A stretch of DNA of 64,000 nucleotides from NCBI RefSeq assembly GCF_902652985.1, contig NC_047032.1:13144001-13208000 (forward strand), in the 5' to 3' direction. A model generated the notes under the pieces. That model worked only from the letters and a program-made list of their open reading frames with translations. It did no database searches and had not been told where the DNA came from. Positions 54,496 through 64,000 of the stretch are shown here, in pieces (within the stretch, counting starts at the first letter, position 1; every line of letters begins with the position of its first letter). A program made the translations under genes and the position numbers. Origin of the DNA: Pecten maximus. Its lineage: Eukaryota.

Positions 54496-54835
54496 TTCTG
54501 GTTAATATATATAGAAAATATATTAGCCCTTACTCCTACTTTATCAATAAGGTGTAACACTTGACGATCGGACGACTATGGAACAGAAGTAGGCTATTGA
54601 TTAGTCGACAATCATAGATAGTATTGTTTACAGCGCTGTCGTCCAATTAAATGACCCCTTGAAAACCATTCTAAAATATACAGCCTATACCCGCTGAACA
54701 GTCGATGCATCGTCGGCTATCGCGATCCCTTCTGATCCATTTTGATCTGATCTATCTTTAAATCATCGCCATACGACAAAAGAATAAAATGCATTGATAT
54801 TTAAGGATTCAAAGTAAATCGAAGCCCCCCCCCCC

Positions 54836-54880
<45 letters not shown>

Positions 54881-54956
54881 CCGGTTTCTCAAGTGTTACA
54901 CCTTTTTGATAAAGTAGTAGAGGTTAATATTTTTTCTAAATATACTAACCAGAAGT
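54496..54956. mobile_element. MITE-like element with ~70-bp TIRs and an internal (CA)n
   Basis: cttctggtta...gtgtaacacttga matches the reverse complement of tcaagtgttacacc...taaccagaag. Confidence 0.6.
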
Positions 54957-56925
54957 AGGCGCCTGTGTTGAAACAGAGGACGCTTACCTTCGTGGAACAC
55001 CAGGTCCTATTATCATATGATCATACAGAACTTTTACATCATTAATATTTTAGTTGACATAGTATTATATTAGTTTTCATTAGACTTGTATGTATCATTG
55101 CCTGATTATTTTATAGAAACAGCATTCTTATGCCGAATAATGAATTAAGAAATCAGTATACGCGAGGGATCTAGAAATTCGTCAATGATTCAAATATTAT
55201 CGAAAACATTTAGCTCTTGATTCATCAAGGCACAGCCATATCGAAACTTTTTTTTTTGAGTTTATAATGTGCCTTAAACAATCCAGTTTTGTTTTGTTTT
55301 TTTCAGTCTATACTAATATATACACAAGAAAACTAAATATATTACTATTAACAAGATCGCAGTACATTTTTATCTATCAATTTAATTGTTTTAATTAACG
55401 AATAAGTGGAAACTGAAAAGTGGCTGCAATACAATTTACATGTAACCAGATGTGTATCATCATATTCCTGGTATAAGATACAGCAATTCAAGGAAAACGC
55501 AAGCCGGGCAACTATTTCCGTCCTTGTACATCAGTGGTATATGTGTATTGATAGAATAATAGAACACTCGTCACTTTCCGCCTTTAAGTGGCGTTAACAA
55601 TGCCCAATTAAACACATCAAGTTATGCAAATGAATGTATAATCATTATCATCTAGTACATCCCGATTGCGGATGGATAATTATCTAGCCAATGATATAAC
55701 AATACCGTATATACATTGTATTAACTTCCGACCACAAGTGGCATTAACAATGGATATACAAATTTATATACAAAGAACAATGAATCAGATTAATATAATA
55801 TGATTGTCATCTGATATATTCTGCTCTTAGAAATATCAGTCCAATTCAACTGTATGATTAGTTAAATATGACAGAATGAATAACTTCGTCGAGCTACACT
55901 AAGTTTGAAGGAAACATGCCATATTTTGATTCAGTTATTGCACAGAAAGCGTAGGTGGCATATCTTGTAAATAAACAGGCCATACCGATGTCAAAAGTGG
56001 CAATCGGACATGGCCGAGCTGTTAAGGCATTTCAACTTGTTACGAGGTTTGGAGGAAATATCTCCGAATATCTAATTTACACAATGAGCAATCACCATAA
56101 ATTTGGAAAATCGTATGGCATTTAACCAGGTCACCAGAAAAAATGTCTAACAATTGTTGCACGGAGGGGAAATGTGAAAGATGGACGAACCCAAATTAAT
56201 AACCCCTCCCTCGGCTTTGTAATATGTCTGAAATTTTGCTTGATGAATAGATCAGTTTGAGGAATACTTTTTTGTACGTAATGACAGTTTGTTAAGAACA
56301 TGGATTTTAATATTGTATAAACATTAATACGAAAGAAGTAATGACAAAGAATAAGTTAAAGCTATTTACAAGATTAATTCATTATCATCGTTACCCTGGA
56401 ACTAATTTTAGTACAGCTTTTATCGCTACATCAACAGCTGATGTAACCGACAAAGTACTTGCATGTCACATTGTTTCGTCAACAACTTATACAACTGGCA
56501 TTATAATACAAGCTTCATAAGTGTTGACAATGGCTTATAGGTTTTAGCGCTAAAAACAAAAACAAAAAAGCAGAAAAAAACAAAAAAAACAATAATATGC
56601 CTTCAAATCAACTTGAAGGTTCAAGTAATACCTTGAAAACGATATATGTTATTTTATACTGTTGTAACAATATTGTTCGAGACAATAATGGTTCACAACA
56701 TCAATCTTCACTTCCTTTTGACAATGGATGAATCAGCTGACAATATGTGATGTGAGCTGTTTCACGTCTAATTATTGACTCTAATGATGACGCCAGTGAT
56801 TAAATTCCAATAGTTTATTCAAGAAGCCTTACGGTTCACAAGTATGTACATAGAAACATTAATTTAACAGCATCGTTTTTTAATACATTTTTTATAGTAA
56901 AGTACACAGTTTCTATAAAACTAGC

Positions 56926-57127
56926 GGGGCCGCGGTGGCCGAGTGGTTAAGGTGTCCCGACACTTTGTCACTAGCCCTCCACCTCTGGGTTGCGAGTTCG
57001 AAACCTACGTGGGGCAGTTGCCAGGTACTGACTGTAGGCCAGTGGTTTTTCTCCGGGTACTCCGGCTTTCCTCCACCTCCAAAACCTGGCACGTCCTTAA
57101 ATGACCCTGGCTGTTAATAGGACGTTA
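56926..57127 (+). mobile_element. V-SINE family 1, tail replaced by a MITE fragment
   Basis: Near-identical to the other family 1 copies. Confidence 0.9.
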
Positions 57128-57404
57128 GTGGGTAATATTTGCGAGGGATATAAATTCGCTATATTCGTGATCATTAAATGTAGCGTGAAAATAAATAAAC
57201 AGCCAATACATGGATACATTAATTTAACAACATACATACAATATGTTAACATGGACACAGCAATAGGCGTTAATGAGGATAGGAATATAGAAACTTTTAT
57301 TTCAACAGCAAATATACAATTTATAATAGTATTCAGGGGATAAACAAAGCCATAGGTCTAACTGGAGATGATAAGTACATAACAATAGATTTATAACAGC
57401 AAAT

Positions 57405-57728
57405 AACAAGAAATATCTTAAAAAAGATAAACGACATAGTTTCAATGCTGTGGTAATGCTGGTGAAATATGCGTTTCAGCATGGATATAAAAAATATATC
57501 AGTTTAATCATTTTTGATGAAAATAAGACTGCATTTGAATCAGGAATATACTTTTATTAAGATGTCATTTGAAAAGATACATCCACTTATTCAGCTTGCA
57601 TTTAATCTTAACTTTGTTTCGTTTTTACTGCTACATTGACCAATCACATACTTCATCTTGACGAGTAACGTCACCTGTCGCGTCATATCCGGGGCCAAAA
57701 GAAAATTATACGGCTATGCCGAAAAAAA
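57405..57728 (-). mobile_element. HINE-like element, same family as 33181-33570
   Basis: Direct alignment. Confidence 0.65.
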
Positions 57729-57729
57729 T

Positions 57730-57930
57730 CCTTAATATAAAACTTGCACGTCATCCTTCATACAGAAACTATGGAAAACGTAAATTGCAAATTTTACACA
57801 CGATTCTTCGCTTACATTGCAGTACATTAAAAGAACACTTGTTCAATAGAAACTTATCTGTCAGCCCGTTTTGTACGTGTGGATATATTGAAGACAACTT
57901 CCATTTCCTCTTTATGTGTAAAATAATATC
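57730..57930 (+). mobile_element. CR1/L2 LINE 3' relic
   Basis: YGKRKLQILHTILRLHCSTLKEHLF..SPFCTCGYIEDNFHFLFMC. Confidence 0.8.
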
Positions 57931-60900
57931 AAAATCAAAGAGAACAGTTCATTTTTCCCTAGATATAGCTCGCGACAATTTCCGTACGTGCCATTTTAAT
58001 ATACATTATGATCGCTTGTATTATCAATAATTTATATATCTGCAAACGCTGCTTAATGTGGCGAATGAAACTTTGTTAGAATAGGCGATACCGGGTTATC
58101 GTTAGGTTATCGCTCTATGGTATACGGTACCAATCGAAGAAGGAGACAATACGAGGTGTACGACAAGGTTTATTTCTTTTCAAAAGGAAAAATAATTTCT
58201 GATAGAAATGTGAAAAGAGATGTAGCATATGGAAGATATGGAGTTTATAAGGGGTTCATGGGAAACGATGTCATTCAATGTCTTGATCAGATGTAGATAT
58301 ATAAAAATTCGCCCGCGAACTAATATTCCTAATAAAAATGACATCAGTTCGTAAGCCTTTAATCTTATTAAGAAAGTGTTTCGGCTCATTTCATAGTGGT
58401 TCCATGAAACGAATGAGGTACATTCATTCATCCATATATATTTGCAGAACAATCCATTTACGTTTACTGGCGTTGACTGGCGTTTACTGGCTACACACAT
58501 GTCAAAAATATGTCCATGAACATAAGAAGGCAATTGGTGAAACAGTGTGAGTAAGAATTATTTAAAGAATCATTACATGCTATAGATATGTCTAAATCTA
58601 TTCAGGAGAAAATGATATGTGCGAAGCGTCTGGTACCATGAGACAAATTCCTAACTCTGACAGCAGACTGGCCGAACAGTAGGATAGTAAGGCTTAGTTA
58701 ATGTAATGACAGTGTGTTATCACTAGTATTTCTGAAAGAAAAAAAAAACAAGTTTCGTCTATTTTCTACGAAAAGTTGTTATTTCTCATTTAAGGACGAT
58801 GTCCACGCTGAAACCTCACATCTTGACACGACAGCTTGGCACCCTACCAAGCCACAGTACAACGAGGCCAACATTCGGGAAATGTCATGAGAGACATTAA
58901 ATGGAAAAAAGTTGTTTCAAAATAACCGGAGCTAAGAATTTCATATTCAGTCGCCTCTCACGAATCACATAATGGGTAAAGCATGTAACTTTTCTTATGA
59001 TTAAAAAGTTCGTGTTTATGCTTTATGTAAATAAAATACTGTTTATGAATATAGGGATTTTCTACTGTCATCGTCTGCTTAAAGGCGTTAGAACTGATGT
59101 TATCAATATGCCTAGTTTGTTTACAATCTGCATAACTAACACATGTACAAACATAATATGAATTTGCATGGAGATCACTCAAAACAACCGCGTTAAGACC
59201 AGGTGCTTCGGAATGTTAGCGTCTTCTGCTTCGTCGGCGGTCATGTGCCATGGAATTCTAGGTCAAATCCAGGTTATTACGTCACATTCACAAAATGATA
59301 CCTAGAGTGGTGACAATGGAATCACTGAGCATAACAAGCATGGAACACTTCCTACTTAATATGACACAGGGAAACGAGATAGTTTCCAATAAGATAGTGA
59401 TATGGACCATTATGCGGTCGACCATAAAAAAAAGTTTAATCAGCAAAATGCTGATTATATTAATTATTTGGTAGTTGCTTTATTAACTAACACAATTTGT
59501 GTCCTTAAATTAATTTAAGATTTTATTTCAAATACTCATTCCTCGTTTTGAGAATAACAAGACAATACTGTCTTTATTTATGTATTTATCGATCTATTTA
59601 TTTATCTATTTACTTTAACGGATTTTACGTCCGATATTGCGGCCTTTCAAATGACGAGTATGAATATCGTCAATTTAATCATCTTTTTTTAAAATAAAAG
59701 CACAGTTCTTTTGTTTTGTTTTTTTAGACGTGTGAATTACATACTTGAAAGCGAATATACATTTATAAGCAATGAACTGTTACCAGATGGTAGTATACAG
59801 TCGATATGAATACAATTTGAGCGACAGATAAATAGAATGTCGACATGAAATACATTCTTGTCACCAAAATTGTATTCATATCGACTGTATATTACAATGT
59901 GGCAACAGTTCAATGCTTATATTTACATTCATAAACATTTTTTATCTACTGTAACGCGTTTAAATTTTGCCGCTTACCCTATCATTGTGTCATCAAGTTC
60001 AAATACCGGAACAGCCGAAATTTCCAGAAGGAATAATATAGTCCCTCATGTCGTTATTAATAGCAAACACATACAATGGTTTTTGCACAAATTTCGCTTT
60101 ATTTTATTTTCATGAACGTTTGTAGATATCGTCCAATTGTTCACAATTGCATAATTTCTAATTGTTTAAAACCGTTTTTTTCTGTGCAATGATATAGGTT
60201 AACATTTAGAAGTGATGCGGCGTTGAACGGGTATTGTACAGGACAGACTCGATTCATTGGAAACATGTTTCTATTGACTAGATTTACTTTGGTTTTTTTT
60301 AGAAGAACATAAGCTCTTAAATTATAAATTAATGTCGTCTTGACAGCATGTGAAAACGAGGATTTCGTTCGAAACAGATCCCAGTCTGACCGGTCACATC
60401 AGTGTCGCTAACTTAGCAGACGATGTTCAATTTCACAGGGGCTCGATTTTGGAGTAAAACTAAAATCCAGTATTGTATACACAACCGGAAACCATGTCGA
60501 CACTCCCGATTTTTCGTTTTTTTTTTATCGTGTCTTGCATTTCTGAAAATTCGGAAACGAGCCCCTATGAATGTAACGACATTGACAATTTGATAATTTT
60601 GTATAGATCAAGAATGGCGCTTATAGTAATTGTGTGTTGACTACATGTTTTTGTTTTTGTTATAAAATATTACTATCATAACATGCGAAGTTGCTTAATT
60701 TTTGGTGGTTTATGTGAATATTTGCATTCGAAAGTTCTCTAGGCCGAAAGTAACTTGCGACCATTTTTTTAACCTGCAGTACCCGGGGTTGTATTCATAC
60801 ACTGACCGAATCACTGCAAATTGCAGTATACATTCTCATGAATACAATTTGATTTACTAACGTGATATAGGCAAGTGCAACACAGAATGTAAATATAGAT

Positions 60901-61129
60901 ATCTATACAATTTAATTCAAATAAAGATACATTACATTACATGAATTTCAAACGACATCGCATGAGGCGTCACGTCAGGATGACCTTTTGGATTAACCAA
61001 TCAAATTACTACTTACATAATCTTGGAAGTGAAATTCGTATGTGCGAAATAACATGACTAGCATGCATAGCTTGAATAATCTGTCAATCTGTTTCAAGTC
61101 ATTTCGTCCAACGAAGCATACAGATATAT

Positions 61130-61354
61130 TGTTTGTTTTGTTTGTTTTTGTTTAACGTCCTATTAACAGCCAGGGTCATTTAAGGACGTGCCAGGTTTGG
61201 AGGTGGAGGAAAGCCGGAGTGCCCGGAGAAAAACCACCGGCCTACGGTCAGTACCTGGCAACTGCCCATCGTAGGTTTCGAACTCGCAACCCGAGAGGTG
61301 GAGGGCTAGTGATAAAGTGTCGGGACACCTTAACCACTCGGCCACCGCGGCCCC
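61130..61354 (-). mobile_element. V-SINE family 1, full length
   Basis: Reverse complement copy; ~13-bp TSD CATACAG(A/C)TATAT. Confidence 0.9.
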
Positions 61355-62161
61355 ATACAGCTATATACATGCTGTATTAAAATTGCAAATGCTGTATAGA
61401 TTACAAATATATATACTTTATTAGAGGTAATGTGTAGGGTTAACTCGCAATGTTTACATATCTAAAACATGTGCCACATTTTTCAGAATTGGGCATTTTT
61501 ACTGTACACTGCTACCTTATGCGATGTCGTTAGATGTTCATGTAACGTAGGGAGAATGAGTAAGTATCTATATTTTAATTAGATTGTATATATATATATA
61601 TATATATAACTTTTCGTTTAATATATTGATCTTTTTTACGGTTCCTCTGGTGTATCTCAGCTAGCTGTCCCCTAATATAAGTACCACATGTAAGTACAAA
61701 ATCCTGTCACTAAGATGACGAGCTAATAATCTCGCCGCGCGATCTACATTCCGCCCACTTATTATCTCTCCCACTCGAGATATACACTATCAGTTAAGTG
61801 TCAAAAGATGATTTCTAGCAAAGTGTAACATGAAAGTATTGTTATAATTCTTTTTCATCAGAAACATCAGTGAACACACCATAAAGCCTGGTCGTTCACA
61901 ATTTGATGAAAAATTAACGCCAATTTAACTATTGCATTTTTGCAAAAATATAGCAATTCAAATCTAGGATAAGATGAGATGAAGGATAGCTATCAAAGGG
62001 CGACAATGTAAATAAAAGAAAAAATTTGAAATTCTGTGATAATACAGTATGTTTTTATGTACATTTCATATAACGTATCATGGGAATGTATTGTAATTCC
62101 AATTTTCCTCTCAGAACAGTTTACATACAATAGGTGATGAGTGCAGCAAACTAGGCCTTAA

Positions 62162-63784
62162 GGGGGTGTTCTCCATTTGCCCACTTTTTAAAGTTCAAAG
62201 AAAAGTGTTGATATAGGAGAACAAAGGAAAACCAATTATAGTCTGTTCCATTTTAATTTTACCTGTGTTTTACCTGTTGTCATTTACCTGTGCTACCTGG
62301 AGAAAGTGGGGAAATAGAGATATATATACCTGTGACATGTAACATTAATATATCATTAATTTCATTTTATGGAAAATATTATAATACAAATGCGTTAATT
62401 CATTTAAGACACATTTTACATAACATTACAATATGTTACTTTAAATACATTGTGCGATACATAACTACAGTTACATATCAATACATTTTAATTAAAAATT
62501 AATTTTTTTAGAAAGAATACATGTAATGAGTACTAATGACATAAAACTAAATTATACAACGACAGACATACAAATTGTATATAGATAATACATTCAATCA
62601 GCAACATATATCACCAAGAAAGCACTAAATACATTAATTTCATTTTTTATGGAAGATATTACACTACAAATCCCTTCATTCATTTAAGACATATTTTAGA
62701 TATCATTACAATATGTTACTTTAAATACATTATGCGATACATATCGACTACAGTTTCATATCAATACATTTTAATTAAACATTATTTTACCATATACATG
62801 TAAATTTCATGAGATGGAAACAATTCATTTAAATTTTTTTTTATAAAAACATATCTACATTTGTACAACATCTAAGATACAGTATATATGGCAATATTAT
62901 TAATATCATTACAGTTCATATGCAGGTTTCTTCCCTGATTTTTATCTTTACTCAAGTGAAGAAGGTGTGATGCTGCGTCGGCGGCTGAAGGGGGGGGGGG
63001 GGTTGTAGTTCGTCATGGTCATCTTCAGAAGGGTGAGGAATCGGGTGTAGGTCTGCTGGGTCTTGCTAGGCAATAAAGTGTAGACTAGTGGGTACATCTG
63101 TCCGTCTATGTCTGCATGGATGGTATAAATCTGATAGAAAAGCTTGGGCAGGTTTCAGAAGTTTCAGAAGTTTTTTTATTTGACACTAAGATCATATATA
63201 CGATACATGAGCAACACCAGAATATACACAAATAATTAACATTAGACAATAAATCGCACTGGTATAGTTAACATGGAGACTGAAATGTTTGCATAATAAA
63301 GGTGAAGAATGTTCCGTCGCAGTAGATGGTGTCGGCGTTGGCGAGGTCAAATAAGCTGTCCGTGGTTGGAAAGCTGATGATCCGCGAGTCATCTCCATCA
63401 TTCAGTCATTAATATTATTGGACATTGTTACATCTGATCATTGTAAATTGGTGAAATTTTATTGTTATTATAAGTAATGATAAAATGATTATTAAAAAAT
63501 CTTTGATTTTAGATGATTAGTTCATTATAGTCTATAAATGCAATTAATATATATATATATTGTAATTTATTGCATTGTTTTTAATTAATAAGTTTTTCTT
63601 GATATGTATATACATCCTATAGGTATAAGCTACCATCATGATATAATCAGGTAACAGGTGAAAAACACAGGTAAAAAACACAGGTAAATTTAGGTTAACT
63701 ACTCTGAAATAGACTATAATTCTTGTCACAACACTTCCCTCGTTATAGGATTTTAAAAAGTTGGCAAATGGAGATACAGCCGCC
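62162..63784 (-). mobile_element. TIR element(s) with a MULE/Mutator transposase relic
   Basis: Minus strand reads SRIISFPTTDSLFDLANADTIYCDGTFFT (63400-63300) and PKLFYQIYTIHA..YPLVYTLLPSKTQQTYTRFL (63148-63030); outer TTAA-flanked IR; inner IR 62239-63716. Confidence 0.8.
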
Positions 63785-64000
63785 TTAAGAGCTCACTCCC
63801 CAATACATATTTTATACATGTGTATCTGATTAATAAATTATCTCGGTGCATTCGTATCACACGATTTGATTTCTGTGTGAATAATTCTCATTTCGTATTG
63901 AATATCAATATAATATGACGCAATTTCGTTGTTGAATAGGTTTTTTTAAATCTTATTTCTATTGTTGTTGTTTTTAATATTTCGGTGTTAGTGAATCTCC

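Overview
AT-rich, repeat-dense animal (metazoan) genomic DNA. The V-type SINEs, CR1/L2-like LINEs and hairpin MITEs are typical of a mollusc or bivalve, but the host is inferred, not proven. Almost all ORFs in the supplied track are spurious. Two things stand out. (1) A tandem family of three + strand spliced host genes: A (last exon 2381-2713, frameshifted), B (11826-20740) and C (30400-34195). They encode ~145-aa proteins with an N-terminal hydrophobic anchor followed by Gly-X-Thr collagen-like repeats and no trimerisation domain. The ORF track misses them because the start codon and anchor lie in a separate exon. (2) A ~9-kb Polinton/Maverick-like element (34918-43876) with ~335-bp TIRs, inserted in the 3' flank of gene C. 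It carries only three genes: a disrupted zinc finger-TP-OTU-EndoVII-pPolB, a disrupted zinc finger-packaging ATPase fusion, and an intact chromodomain integrase. The integrase and ATPase each have a TATA/Inr, and the convergent units end at abutting poly(A) signals. There is no capsid or protease gene and no room for one. The rest is LINE relics, SINEs with TSDs, two solo LTRs, pogo/Kolobok/MULE/HINE-type DNA elements, a 1-kb tandem duplication of gene B exon 2, a 9/10-bp minisatellite and a 3.1-kb 41-bp satellite.
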